The notes under the pieces were generated by a model, which saw only the letters and a program-made list of their open reading frames with translations, was not told the origin of the DNA and did no database searches. The position numbers were made by a program, and so were the translations under genes. Positions 25,083-38,149 of a stretch of DNA of 64,000 nucleotides are shown in pieces (position 1 is the first letter of the stretch; each line of letters opens with the position of its first letter). The stretch comes from Eledone cirrhosa (taxonomy: Eukaryota): assembly GCA_964016885.1 (NCBI GenBank), contig OZ024758.1:4216001-4280000 (forward strand). Reading direction: 5' to 3'.

Positions 25083-26800
25083 TTTACAAATACAGCAGCA
25101 ATATTGGAAACAACTGCAACAATATCAATACGATACTGAGCATAGCTATAATAATATTTTGTTAAAAGTTATATCATCTATAACAAGGATATCAGTTATG
25201 GGAACCCAGGATCTTATAAGTGGCCAACCGACCTGCTTGATGTATGTAGCTGTTAATCACTTTTAAATTACACCTTAAATTAAATATAAAGAATCGGTAT
25301 ACAATGTAATCAGAGATATACAAAAATACGATGTTGCCATGGTTACGATCAGAATTGATCTCCTCTGGGAATATATCAATAACAGACATAAAAACAGCGA
25401 TAACTATTAAACAACACCATAACAGTAATTCTAGAAAATAATCGAATTTACCAATCAATATTAAGTAATTTAGTCATTATAACAATATATGTCTATGGTA
25501 CTAGACATAAATATTTTGATGGTGTATAGACGAGTAACTTCACACTGAATGATGGTGTATTTATTTTTAACTTGGATTAATGAGAGATAAAAGAAACTTC
25601 AGTGGGATTTGAAGCTCACCACCAAGATCATTCATACATTGTTCATGATAAGTATAAACCAATAGATGTTCATTAGTCTCAGTGATGTCCATGTGAATTG
25701 TTTGATAACCTGAACCGCCTACATAATTGACTAACGTGTATGTAACTATGTATTCTACAGACAATTGTTCAATATACTGCGTCACACTCTTTAAAAATAA
25801 AAGATGGTGACGCAGTGCATGCATTAAAACAGCCGGGTTAGTCCTCACCTCTTTCACAAACCTCGAATGAACTTGAAGTTATACTAAAAAGTAAAAACTC
25901 CAAATTGTTGATCAGCAGGATGACATTCTTATTTTTCATCCCTTTATTCCTGAGAGGGTCATGTGGGCAGAGCACTCAAACACTCCCTCCAGCGGGTCCT
26001 GTCAAGAGCAACCGGTGCCACCTGATCCGGCTGGATCCCCAAGCGTCACCAGCCAAGGTCATGTATGCTATCCAAACATCTTGCTCGGGGTCTACCTCTA
26101 GATCTCCTGCCCTAAAATCTGTTTTTTTTTGCCCGTAAAATCCGTCCAGCGATTCTATACCGAGACATTCTAATCACATTTTAACCCCACGCACAAACCT
26201 ATCACCATGTACGCTGCAAAATGAAATATTTATATTAATAACGTTTCTTTTTCTTTTAACATAAATATAAAATTGATTATATTGACTCTAGTTCTTAACA
26301 GATAATCATCTTATTGAACCTGAAGCAAAGTATGGCAATGTACAGCTTGGTACTAGTTTTTATCTGAAGATTATGGGACATAACTCAATATCTCAAATGT
26401 TTATCAACTCTTTTCACATTTCTGGTAAAGTTTGCCATATGGTCCACTCTACGCACTCGTTCAATCTTTTAACCAAATCTCGTACAATTCATACATAATC
26501 GTCTTAGAAAATAAACAAAAACAGTTTAGTCATAACCAACGCTTCCAATTTCAAATATGTTCTACCATTATTGACCTGTTGGTATACAGCAAGCAAATAA
26601 ACAAGATATCTTAAAGCTTACAATCATCGTTATTAATCTCAATACTTAACTGGTATTTGCATCAGAAATGAAAGGATGGAATAATAGATTGTATAGGGAA
26701 CTTGGAAAACAGGGACCTAAGAGGAATTAAGTAAACCGGTGGATTTTTCTCGTGATTCTGATTATTCTCTTTAGTACAAATATGGAAAGAGGATGAAAGA
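25083..26800 (-). pseudogene. Most complete Cys-loop/CR-like pseudogene, with RTE fragment inside
   Basis: SLFSK..IIP; EIWLKD; VEW/PYGKLYQKCE; F/DIELCPIIFR (Cys-loop); IPLKFLLSLINP (M1); LLNI; FSRITV, VIAVFMSVIDIFP (M2); LYISDYIV..VINSYIHQ (M3); FNKILL/IAMLSIVLILLQLFPILLLYL* (M4); short M3-M4 loop. Confidence 0.75.
25930..26150 (-). mobile_element. RTE-clade LINE 3' end fragment
   Basis: Reverse complement of 46120-46310 (GGATCCAGCCGGAT...). Confidence 0.65.
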
Positions 26801-26829
26801 AATAATTGCTTTTTATGTTGTTATCTTCA

Positions 26830-27095
26830 TAGTGTTTATTATTGAGGTTTATGATGATGATGATGATTATTACGAGGATGGTGACGACGGTGGAGAAGAT
26901 GATGATGGAGAAGAAGCGGATGGTGAAGGTAATGTCTATTATAACGATGATGATGGCGAAGATGATGATGATGACGATTTTTACGCGGATGACGACGAGA
27001 AAGATGATGATGACGACGACGGCGGCTATTATGAAGATGATGGCGAAGCGGATGATGATGAAGATGATGAGGATTATTATTATTATTATTATTAT
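26830..27095. repeat. Degenerate (GAT/GAC)n trinucleotide tract
   Basis: Low complexity; ends in (ATT)n running into a SINE. Confidence 0.85.
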
Positions 27096-27362
27096 TTGCC
27101 TTTCATCCTTACGAGGTCGATAAAATAATTTACCAGTAATGCACTGGGGTAATTGCTGGCCTTGTGCCAAAAGTAGAAACAATTATTATTTATCGGTATA
27201 GGGTCGGACGCTATGTTTGCAGCATAGAGTTACGGCGCTTTACGGTCTGAGTTCAAATTTCGCCGGGGTGAACTTTGCCTTTCATCCTTACGGGGTCGAT
27301 AACAAAGTACCAGTAATGCACTCGGATAATTGCTGGCCTTGTGCCAAAAGTAGAAACAATTA
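27095..27362 (+). mobile_element. Two tandem SINE family 1 copies
   Basis: Core plus tail, then near full copy. Confidence 0.9.
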
Positions 27363-27529
27363 TAATTATTGAAAATGCGAGAAAAATAGGAATGGTGATG
27401 AGGTAGCAAGCAGTTAGAAATATGATGATGGCGATGATGATGATGACAGCGAAGCCTCGACGATTATGATGATAATAAAGAGGAGACGGCGGAGGAGAGT
27501 AACAAAGGAGAATTATGATGATAACGATG

Positions 27530-27790
27530 ATTAAAAAAAAGTGGAAAACAGGGAAAACAAAATACAGGCTGTAAGAGGGTTGCAGGATAGTAGTGGTGCG
27601 GGAAAAATAGATAAAATTTCAATTAGAGTCATGGTTTGCTGACCTAGGTAACGTGTGGCCAGTCGCTGGGAGAGTGCTTTACTATGAATAGCAAATATAT
27701 AGATAACACATAGGTCGATGTGAAACAATTGACCGCCCAGCCTCAAAGAAATAAATGAATTAACAACAAAGATATCGACAAAAAGCAAAC
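27530..27790 (-). pseudogene. Possible condensed Cys-loop/CR-like relic
   Basis: ORF 27531-27788: FVDIFVVNS (PDIxVxNS); ILSIFPAPLLS (M1-like). Confidence 0.35.
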
Positions 27791-27999
27791 AATAACATTA
27801 ATAATAATATAACAGACACAATAATGAAGGAGGAGGGGGGAAGAAGCAAAATAAACTATAGTAGTAGTATTAGTACTACTACTACTACTACTACTGCTAC
27901 TACTACTACTGCCGCTACTACTACTGCTGCTGCTACTTTTATTCCTAGTTGTACTATTACTATTACTATTATTACTACTACAACTGCTGCAGCTAATAA

Positions 28000-28340
28000 T
28001 AATTGTTTCTACATTTGGAACAAGACCAGCAAATTACCCAGTGTATTACTGGTACTTTATTTTATCGACCCCGTAAGGATGAAAGGCAAAGTTAACCTCG
28101 GCGGGATTTGAACTCAGAATGGCAACGGCCGTAACTCTATACGTCAAAGCATGGTGTCCGACTGCCAATCCACCGCCTAATAATAATGATAATTGTTTCT
28201 ACTTTTGGCACAAGGCCACCAATTATACCAGTGTATTACTGGTACTTTATTTTATCGATCCCATATGGCCAGAAATTTGAAATTTGAAGGAGAAGGGAAA
28301 GTCGGTTAAGTCAACCTCAGTGTATTACTGGTGCTTTATT
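28000..28340 (-). mobile_element. Tandem SINE family 1 copies
   Basis: Near full copy 28000-28178 plus partials. Confidence 0.9.
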
Positions 28341-28609
28341 TGATAGACCCTGTAAGGATGAATAATTATAATAATAATATTAATATATAGCAGCAGCAAT
28401 GGTAACAGTGACATCAATATATCAGTGCACACACACATACACATACATACACACACCTATACACACGCACATAGACAAACACACACACACATACACACAC
28501 CTATACACACGCACATAGACAAACACACACACACAAACACACATGTACATCCACACAAACAGTGTGAACAGTAAGGACAAACAACGTAGGAAGCATGTGT
28601 ACACATAGC

Positions 28610-29122
28610 ATCAGAAACAACAACAACAACAACGACAACAACGACAACATTGGAAACAAAAGAAATTACAACAATAACAACAACAACAGTTTCCAACATA
28701 AACAAATAAAAAAATACAAGAAAAACGATAGCAACAGATCAACAAATGCAACATCAATAAAAATACAACAGCAGCGGCAACAACGATAACAACAACAACA
28801 ACAATACCAACAACAACAATACCAACAATAACAGCAACAACAATAACAGCAACAACAACAACAATAACAGCAACAACGATAACAGCAACAACGGTAACAA
28901 CAACAACAACGGTAACAACAACAACAACGATAACAGCTACAGCGATAACATCAGCACCACCAACAACAACAACAACAGCAGCAACAACAACAGCAACAAC
29001 AACAGCAACAAAAGCAAGGATAACATCAACATCAACATCAACATCAACCACCACCACCAACAACACCACCAGCACCAACAGCTCCAACAACACCACCAGC
29101 ACCAACAACACCAACAACACCA
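28610..29122. repeat. (AAC/AGC/ACC)n trinucleotide mosaic
   Basis: Low complexity. Confidence 0.9.
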
Positions 29123-29638
29123 AATATATAAAGAGAAGCTACAATAAAGCGGGCAAGAGTAACAAAATCAATGAATCTGTGAGTCTTTTTTTCCTTTATT
29201 AATGTCTCACTTGACACGGCTGATGTATCATCTAACTGGGCGCTTTTCAGCTGGGAAGTTCAAACCGGTGCCATTGCGCATGCGCCTAAACACATTTGTA
29301 CAAATTATGGGGTGTTTTATAGTGTCTTTAATATATTTGTTTCTATATTTCTCTCATTCACCCTCCCTCTATATATGTTTGTGTGCAAACAGAGATATGA
29401 TTAGCCAATACTTGGTTGGCTGGCTGGCTGGTTGCTCCAATTGATTGCTTTGTCAGTTGTTTTTTCTATGATTTTTGCTGTCTTTTCTTTATTCAATGAA
29501 TGTTTTGGTTTTAGGATAAATAGGCTTTTGTAATGTGTATGTATATGTATGTATATATGTATGTATGTGTGTGTATACGACCGGATATGTTTATGCCAAC
29601 GTGTAGGACTGAATATACATACAAATATAGGTTCACAC

Positions 29639-29669
<31 letters not shown>

Positions 29670-29758
29670 TCTATATCTATATACACTGGGATCATCAGAG
29701 GTAACTACAGTAAGGTACTCAGTAAATAGAGTATAAATATTTAATATAGAAATGGTTC

Positions 29759-29845
29759 CTACAGGATTAGAACTATTTCATTCGAAGGAAACTATGAGGG
29801 CCTTACTGATGATTTCTTTCGAATGAAACAGTTCTATTCCTGTAG
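29759..29845. repeat. Imperfect hairpin with CTGATGA...GAAA motif
   Basis: CTACAGGATTAGAACTATTTCATTCGAAGGAAA ... TTTCTTTCGAATGAAACAGTTCTATTCCTGTAG. Confidence 0.75.
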
Positions 29846-29949
29846 ACGCTCTCTCTATATATATAATTATATATATATATATATAATGTGGAGGGGGGAT
29901 TTATGGTCGTATACACGAGACGGATTTTGCGTTCATATCATCCATATTC

Positions 29950-30170
29950 TTTAATAATGTAGTATCTAAATTATATTTCCCTTCTGTTGATAATGTTAAT
30001 AATGTAGTATCTAGATTTTATTTCTCTGCTGTTGATAATGTTAATGTATCTAAATTATATTTCTCTGCTGTTGATAATGTTAATAATGTATCTAAATTAT
30101 ATTTCCATGTTGGTAATGATAATGAAGTATCTAAGCTATATTTCCCTGTTGTTGATAATGTCGTATCTAA
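29950..30170. repeat. Degenerate ~35-45-bp minisatellite
   Basis: GTATCTAAATTATATTTC..TGTTGATAATG repeated 5-6 times. Confidence 0.85.
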
Positions 30171-31440
30171 GGTAATATACTTTAAATGTAAAGTATGGGT
30201 TATAAATGTAATTACACAATTTAGGCAGGTTATCTTGTACTTATATATAATGGAATTTCCATCACCTTCAGACTTTTTCATATATTATATTATATATCCC
30301 ATGTAAAGATTTATAGTCAATTACATAGGGACATTATTATATTTAGTGAAGTTAAATCGAATTTGCTTTTTTCGTATTTGTGTACAGGTTAAATAAATAG
30401 ATTACAGTAAGAGAGGTAAGTTGAGAGATTAAAGATGTTTACATCTACCAAAAATAGCTGAATTTAAACACAGTTAACTTTAATACCTCGCTACTTTCAC
30501 GCCAGTGAAGTTCACTTTAGTTCAAATGAAACCAACATGACCAAGCAGACCAGTTAGTAAAGCTATGACAATTCAATCAATCTACTATATACAGTGAATT
30601 CAAAACAACTTTATCAAATATGCCTTTCTTAAAGGCAGTAATAGAAGATTTAAAACTTTTACCTACCGTCTAGTTGGTTAATCGAGACATATTTGCTGCA
30701 ATGCTACTGTATTATTTGGCAGTATCGGTGGAGGGGCGGACGCCATGCTTTCCATCATAGTTACGGTCCGAGTTGACATCCCGTCGAGGTTAACTTTGCC
30801 TTTCATCCTTACGGGGTCGATAAAACAAAGTACCGGTAATGCACTGGGGTAATTGCTGGCATTGTGCCAAAAGTAGAAATAATTATTCAATCGAATTGTT
30901 ATTTCTGTCGGTTTCTTTCTGATATCACTGTAGTCTTCTTTAATGTCTGATCTCAGAGGTAAATGTGTAAAGTCTGCAAAGAGCAATAAAATGAAATTTA
31001 AATTAGTCATTCTACATTTTGAACTACGAAATATTTTTCAACTATTTACCAACGTCTTTTTTTAATCAATATATTTTATCCATTATATTTACCAGTAGTT
31101 TTACCATTGTGAACATTCAGCAGAAAATATATTTATATGATTGCACGTAACGAATATTACAGAACATTGTTTTGATAATTAAGGGAATGGAGATTTTATT
31201 TACAATCTAATTATATTTGACGTCTGGTCCTGTGAGCAGGTAACACAACATCTTCCACTTTTATTCCTTCTTATAAATTGCTTGCAATGCTCATTTTGGG
31301 GACATGTCTAAAACAAAATGTCACTTGTATTGCCTCGGACATGTCTTCCTCTCGTCAGCCTGGCGTTGGCAGACGATCGATAAATCCTCAATACCGAACA
31401 CAAGCAATGCTTTGTATATGTGTTGAAGGTTAATTGGATG
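30170..31440 (-). pseudogene. Cys-loop/CR-like pseudogene with SINE at 30716-30885
   Basis: DMSEAIQVTFCF; KW/EDVVL; VNKISIP; FADFTHLPL (Cys-loop); IALLTGLLGHVGFI*..TGVKV (M1, GEKV); LLL*SIYLT (M2); NNVPM*LTI (M3). Confidence 0.65.
30716..30885 (+). mobile_element. SINE family 1
   Basis: Head, core, tail. Confidence 0.9.
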
Positions 31441-31520
31441 GAGGGAGGGATAATGATGTATACATAAGATAATCTAATAGCCATGTATCAGGTTAAATGA
31501 CCAAGTTGATACTTCCTTAA

Positions 31521-31561
<41 letters not shown>

Positions 31562-31629
31562 TTGGATACGTATAAACAAAATGGTAGTAACAATATGGCG
31601 CATATGTAGTGCATGGAGTTAATTATTAA

Positions 31630-32336
31630 TGCGTGTAAAAGATGAAATCTAAGAACAAAGGTCTGAACACCCAGGAGTTGTGATATCTTGTTATCTTGAT
31701 ATCATAGGTTTTATTCCATCTATTTCACCTGAAGTTATTCTTAAATTTATTCACCATTCATTCAACCTTCTGTCTTTCTATTGTTGATGTTAATGTTGTA
31801 CTTGTCTTTCCTCATCTTCATCCAGGGTCTTTTCGTTATTTGGAGCAGTACCGGTAGTAAAATAAATAACAGTAGCATTACTTTTACTACTAGTAGTAGT
31901 AGTAGTAGTGTAAACAGCTATAGTAGTACTAGAAATAGTAGTAGAAGTAATAGTAATCACGCCATTAGTGTTAGAACTACACCAGTTGTCGTAGTCAGGA
32001 AGTTAGTGTCACCATTTTATTTCAGAAGATCAAATGTTTGAAGTACATGTTTTTTTTGTGTTACACATATATACCAAGATATAATGGTATGTCTCTAAGT
32101 GTAGAAATATATGTATGATGCATTCCTGCATGTATGCATGTATCCATCTATCCATGTATGTATGGTCCGATGAATTTATGTGAATGTAAGTATGTATGTA
32201 TTTATATATGTATAGATTCAAGTAGGTAACACTATTTTTGATTTTGTATATATGTGTATGGATGAAAGAATTTATGTGTGTATGTATGGTAGTATGTATG
32301 GATTTATGTATGTATCGTTAAAGCAATTTTTCTATG

Positions 32337-32376
<40 letters not shown>

Positions 32377-33690
32377 AATACATATATATCTGGATTTGTG
32401 TGTGTCTGTATAATGTAATATGATATTCACGCAAGTGTGTACAGACGGAATAGCCTGGGAAATAAATATATGTTGATATTAAAATAGATATGAATTACCT
32501 CCAGACACACGTGTTTCTGATTGATACATCATCTCATCTTTGTCATTGAACAACAGAAATATTGAGCTAATAGCACTTCTATTCATATGGAGCTCTTTAT
32601 ATTCCTTGTCATGGAAGTTGACAATGTGGTTAGGTTTTGTTTTATGAATTGTTCTTCTCCCCTGCCATTTTAGTTTTATAGAAAAGAAACATGAAATCTA
32701 CAATACAGACACAATTCCACCTACCTACCAACGTACCTATTCTTCTAGTGTTAACAATTTCCACTCATTTTACTAATGTTGAAGAATTATTATTAAATGA
32801 TAAATTTAATTTGCTTAACAATTTCTGAACTATTACATCACAATAATACTCTTATTGCCAACTGTTCTTCTGTTTCTAATATATAATACAAGGAGTTTAT
32901 CGACTTTCGTCAAATCGGACCGAGGAAAGAATGTTTCCGTTGGTCTTTCCAATTGCTAATACTATCTATCGGTCGCAACTCCAGCGTGAAATAAAGTGTG
33001 TTGCTCAAGGACATGACGCATCTCTCGGTACGGGAATCGAACACACAATCCAACGATTGCGAATCCGATTCTCTAACCACTTAGCCATGGGCCTTCATAT
33101 GATACAACATTATGTACTGGGTAATTGCTGGCCTTGTGCCTAAAGTAGAAACAATTATTAATAATTAACTGCATACTATAATAATGTGACTTGTATCCCT
33201 AGCATAACTTGTGTGTAGCCGATGTTATATACCTTCTAGTTCCTTTGTGCATCTTTGGCCATATTTCATACATGCCTTGCTAAAAATATTCCAGAAACTA
33301 AACCTGGAGCATGTCGAATAATAATTATTAATACTTTAGGCACAAGGCCAGCAATTACTCCAGTGTATTACTGGTACTTTATTTTATCGACCCCGTAAAG
33401 ATGAAAGACATGTCGAATGATTATAGATCGAGAAAAATTACCTAGTCAAGATTTACAGACGACACATCTGTCACTGAAAATACAGTCAGTGTATAATAAA
33501 GATAATACTACTTATGTATATGTTCTAACGCATGAAAGATTTACATATGCAAAATATTCAAAATGTCTAATTTACAATATATTTAATGGGTCATATCTTA
33601 TGATTCACTGCATCAATATACCGAGAATCATTCTTATCTCACTACGTTCAGTAGTATCAGGCGAACATAGAAGAAACCACACTTTTAAAA
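31630..33690 (-). pseudogene. Fragmented Cys-loop/CR-like pseudogene
   Basis: SEIRMI..RYDP; YEIWP; NEWKLL at ~32750-32770; FSIKLK; MAGEK; SWV..FLDFIF (M4); interrupted by three SINEs and microsatellites. Confidence 0.45.
32890..33100 (-). mobile_element. tRNA-derived SINE family 3
   Basis: ATCGACTTTCGTCAAATCGGACCGAG...GCTCAAGGAC...GGAATCGAAC...TAACCACTTAGCC; other copies at 48200 and 49905. Confidence 0.85.
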
Positions 33691-34394
33691 ACAAGCATGC
33701 ACAAGCACACACACAAATATATATATATATATAACGCACACACACTCACATATACATACATACACGAGCACGGATTAATGATTGCACGATCTATTGTGTG
33801 GGCGCCCCGTGTGTTTGCGTGCGTGAAGGCGTGTGCGTGCGTGTGTGCGTGCGTGCATATATATATATATGTTCATGAACGAGTTATTTACATAAAAAAT
33901 AGACATCTTCATTGACTATGTGTTACATGATATCGTATTGCAAATGGTTGTCTATGTGAAAAAGTGATGTGCTAAATGGATATTTCAGAATCTTCTAGAC
34001 TGTTCAGATAAACATCAAATGGTAATGGTTGTAACAATGATTGTGATGGACATCACTATGACGACTACTGTTATGTATATGTTAATGATGATGAGGATAG
34101 CAGTGCGATAAGGGCGGTGATGATGATGGTGATGATGATTGATTTTAATGTTGCTGGTGACAATAATGTTGAAGATAATGATGTTGATGCTGAAGACAAT
34201 AATGTCGATGGTGATAATGATGTTGATGGTGATGATGATGGTGTTGATGTTGGTGATAATGATATTAATGGTGATGATAATGCTGCTGATGATGATGATG
34301 ATGAAGACAATGGGTCTGATGATGACGACGATGATGATGATAACGACAACGAAGTATATGAAGATAATGTTTGAGACGTCGAATATTATTAAGA

Positions 34395-34595
34395 AGCAGA
34401 TTGGCAGTATCGCTAGAGGTTCTGGCGTCATGCTTTGACGCATAGAGTTACGGCCCTTGCCATTCCGAGATCAAATCCCGCCGAGATTAATTGTCTTTCA
34501 TCATTACGGGGGTCGATAAAATAAAGCACCAGTAACGTACTGGGGTCGATTTAATCGTCCCGCCCCCCAATTGCTGGCCTTGTGCCTATACTACA
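34395..34595 (+). mobile_element. SINE family 1 variant
   Basis: Head, core, long tail. Confidence 0.85.
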
Positions 34596-34744
34596 AATTA
34601 TTTATTGTAACACTTGATATTGTTGATGATAAAGTTAATGGAAAACGTCATTCAGTCAAGAAAAACCACGGAATTTGCACTTACAATGTTCCCTCCCGAG
34701 GTATAAATCTTGGCAAGATTGTTTGTTGAAGACATGCAATCACA

Positions 34745-35442
34745 CATGCAACCCAGTCTTCCTCCTACATGCCACCATGTCCTCCTTCTACATGCCACCC
34801 AGTCTTCCTTCTACATGCCACCCAGTCTTCCTTCTACATGCCACCCGGTCTTCCTTCTACATGCCACCCGGTCTTCCTTCTACATGCCACCCAGTCTTCC
34901 TTCTACATGCCACCCAGTCTTCCTTCTACATGCCACCCGGTCTTCCTTCTACATGCCACCCAGTCTTCCTTCTACATGCCACCCAGTCTTCCTTCTACAT
35001 GCCACCCGGTCTTCCTTCTACATGCCACCCAGTCTTCCTTCTACATGCCACCCGGTCTTCCTTCTACATGCCACCCGGTCTTCCTTCTACATGCCACCCA
35101 GTCTTCCTTCTACATGCCACCCGGTCTTCCTTCTACATGCCACCCAGTCTTCCTTCTACATGCCACCCAGTCTTCCTTCTACATGCCACCCGGTCTTCCT
35201 TCTACATGCCACCCAGTCTTCCTTCTACATGCCACCCAGTCTTCCTTCTACATGCCACCCGGTCTTCCTTCTACATGCCACCCAGTCTTCCTTCTACATG
35301 CCACCCAGTCTTCCTTCTACATGCCACCCAGTCTTCCTTCTACATGCCACCCAGTCTTCCTTCTACATGCCACCCAGTCTTCCTTCTACATGCCACCCAG
35401 TCTTCCTTCTACATGCAACCCAGTCTTCCTTCTACATGCCAC
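34745..35442. repeat. 23-bp minisatellite CATGCCACCC(A/G)GTCTTCCTTCTA, ~30 copies
   Basis: Near-perfect tandem array; right flank (35500-35600) resembles a SINE family 3 head in reverse. Confidence 0.97.
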
Positions 35443-35789
35443 TAATGTAGCTGAAAGTAATGTCAAAGGACGATACAGCATGGCACCAGTGACGTCATGT
35501 CTAATTTCTACTGCTGAGTAAACTGGATCAACGTGAAATAAAATGTCTTAGGGAAGAACTCAACGTGTCACCCAGGCCGGGAATCGAACTCACAACCTCA
35601 AAATTACATCACATGTCACTTCAAACATAGTGAATAAAGTACTGATGATATCGATTATGATATTGATGACGATATTGATGTTGCTGGTGTTGGAGATAAT
35701 TCTGACGATGAGGATAAGATTGTTAATAAAGATGGTGTATATGATCGAAATATAGATGATTGTCATGATGATAATAGACAGTGTCTATG

Positions 35790-36182
35790 TTGGTGATTGG
35801 TGGTGGTGGCCATGGAGGGGTTGGAGGTGTCTATAGTGTTGATGATAATGATGGTGATGATTAGTTTGTGGTTGTGGTCATGGGGATGTTGGAGGTGTCT
35901 ATAGTGTTTATGATAATGATGATGATGACTATAGTGTTTGGTGGTGGCCAAGGAGGGGTTGGAGGTGTCTATAGTGTTTATGATAATGATGATGATGACT
36001 ATAGTGTTTGGTGGTGACCATGGAGGGGTTGGAGGTGTCTATAGTGTTTATGATAATGATGGTGATGATTAGTTTGTGGTGGTGACCATGGAGGGGTTGG
36101 AGGTGTCTATAGTGTTTATGATAATGATGATGATGACTATAGTGTTTGGTGGTGGCCAAGGAGGGGTTGGAGGTGTCTATAA
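35790..36182. repeat. ~50-55-bp minisatellite with two alternating unit types, 7 copies
   Basis: GGAGGGGTTGGAGGTGTCTATAGTGTTTATGATAATGAT repeated. Confidence 0.9.
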
Positions 36183-36279
36183 TGATGAAAACATTAATTC
36201 CGAAAACGGAAGGGTAAAAATATTTATGGTGAAAATAATTACATTAAACAACCTATAACTAAATTATCTAAATAACGTT

Positions 36280-36950
36280 GATCATTATGTTGATGATGGT
36301 GGTGATGGTGATGGTGGTGGTGGTGGTGGTGGTGATGGTGATGGTGGTGATGGTGATGGTGGTGGTGATGATGGTGATGGTGGTGATGGTGATGGTGGTG
36401 ATGGTGGTGGTTGTGATGGTGATGGTAGTGATGATCGTAGTGATGATCGTGGTGATGATAGTGATGGTGGTGATAGTGATGGTTGTGGCGGTGATGGTGA
36501 TGATAATGGTGGTGATTATTATCAAAGTGATGGGGATGATAAGGAGGTAGTAGTAGTAGTAGTTATATTGATATTATTGGGGGTGATGGTGGTGGAAGTA
36601 ATAGTAGTAGTAGTATTGGTAGTGGTGGACGTTGTAGCAGTATTGGTAGTAGTGGGGAAAGTAGTAGTAGTATTGGTAGTAGTGGGGAAAGTAGTAGCAG
36701 TATTGGTAGTAGTGGGGAAAGTAGTAGTAGTATTGGTAGTAGTGGGGAAAGTAGTAGTAGTAGTAGCAGCAGCAAAAGTAGTAGTGGTGGTGGTGGGGTT
36801 ACTAGTAATAGTAGTACCGGTGCTACTAGTAATGTTAGTAGTAGTATTAGTAGTAGTAGTCGAGGTAGTGGTGGTAGTAGTAGTAGTAGTAGTAGAGGTA
36901 GTGGTGGTAGTAGTAGTAGAGGTAGTGGTGGTAGTAGTAGTAGTAGTAGT
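36280..36950. repeat. (GGT/GAT/AGT)n tract including 30-bp unit GTAGTAGYAGTATTGGTAGTAGTGGGGAAA
   Basis: Low complexity; 30-bp unit about 4 times at 36635-36750. Confidence 0.9.
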
Positions 36951-37477
36951 TTATAATAGAAGCAATCATAGCTAATATTGATAAGCCAACGAAATACCAA
37001 ATTTAGTCGAAGCTGAACAAGAAATGATGAAACATTACAATATATAGAATTATACAGACCCCCACCACCACCACCTCCACCATCATCATCACTATTGTGC
37101 TCATAATCGCCATCATCATAAAAATCATCGCAATCACCATTACTATTGACATCATCATCATCATAGTCGTAATCATCATCATCATCGTCAACATCATAAA
37201 AATCATCGTAATCGTCGTAATCATCATCAATAGCATTATTGACATCATCAACATAGTCATCATCACCCTCATAATCATCACCCTTATCATCATCATCACC
37301 GTAATAAGCAGTGTTATGATAATCAAGACACCCCACCCCTACTCATCCAAAAGTAAAAATTTAACATACATGTAAGGGGAAATAATCGGTGTAACAAAAC
37401 AACTGTAGCTGTGATAAATTCTAATGAATTGTATCGTTATATCTTGGCTTTCTTTGACGAATTTTTGTCCATTCTCA

Positions 37478-37561
37478 TGTATGTGTGTATATGTGTGTAT
37501 GTATATATATGTGTGTATATATATATGTGTGTGTATGTATATATACATATGTGTGTGTATG

Positions 37562-37594
<33 letters not shown>

Positions 37595-37677
37595 ATGTAT
37601 ATATATATGTGTGTATATATATATATGTGTGTATATATATATGTATATCTGTATATGTATGTGTATATGTGCATATA

Positions 37678-37728
<51 letters not shown>

Positions 37729-37808
37729 ATATATATATGTATGCATATATATGTGCGTTATATATATATGTGTGCGTATATATATATATATGTGTGTATA
37801 TATATATA

Positions 37809-37873
<65 letters not shown>

Positions 37874-37920
37874 GTGTATATATATATATATAGAGATAGA
37901 TAGAGAGAGAGAGATAGACG
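37478..37920. repeat. TA/TG microsatellite mosaic
   Basis: Low complexity. Confidence 0.95.
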
Positions 37921-38149
37921 TGTGTGTATTTATAAAAAGAATTATTTTGAGAAACAACGCTATCATCGTCCATTTTATCCATCATCATAATCAAGAGCAA
38001 AAAAAACAACTGCAACAAATTAATAAAATAATTAAAAAAACAGCAAACGAAACATCTAACAAAAATCCTATGGCAGCCACAACTTATTATATTAGGCAAC
38101 AATATTAACGTAGGCCGCTGTATATATAATAATTTTGTTTAGCTATCTC

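Noticed and set aside
25085-25857. Ionotropic glutamate receptor-like reading (LLWCCLIVIAVFM, SNIAAVF)
   Set aside because: The upstream Cys-loop motif (DIELCPIIF) and M1-M4 order fit a Cys-loop channel; no convincing SYTANLAAF or S2 domain.
26793-27128. Asp-rich ORF with hydrophobic start resembling an acidic matrix protein (similar case at 34117-34374)
   Set aside because: Degenerate (GAT)n tract open in several frames on both strands and ending in a SINE; many similar tracts occur in the window.
30388-30415. Plus-strand micro-exon with AG acceptor and GTAAGT donor (similar pattern at 11733-11828)
   Set aside because: Lies antisense within receptor relic sequence, has no partner exons, and such signals are expected by chance in AT-rich DNA.
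34675-35521. Three ~250-aa ORFs or a CRISPR-like array
   Set aside because: Pure 23-bp tandem repeat open in all three plus frames; no unique spacers; eukaryotic context.
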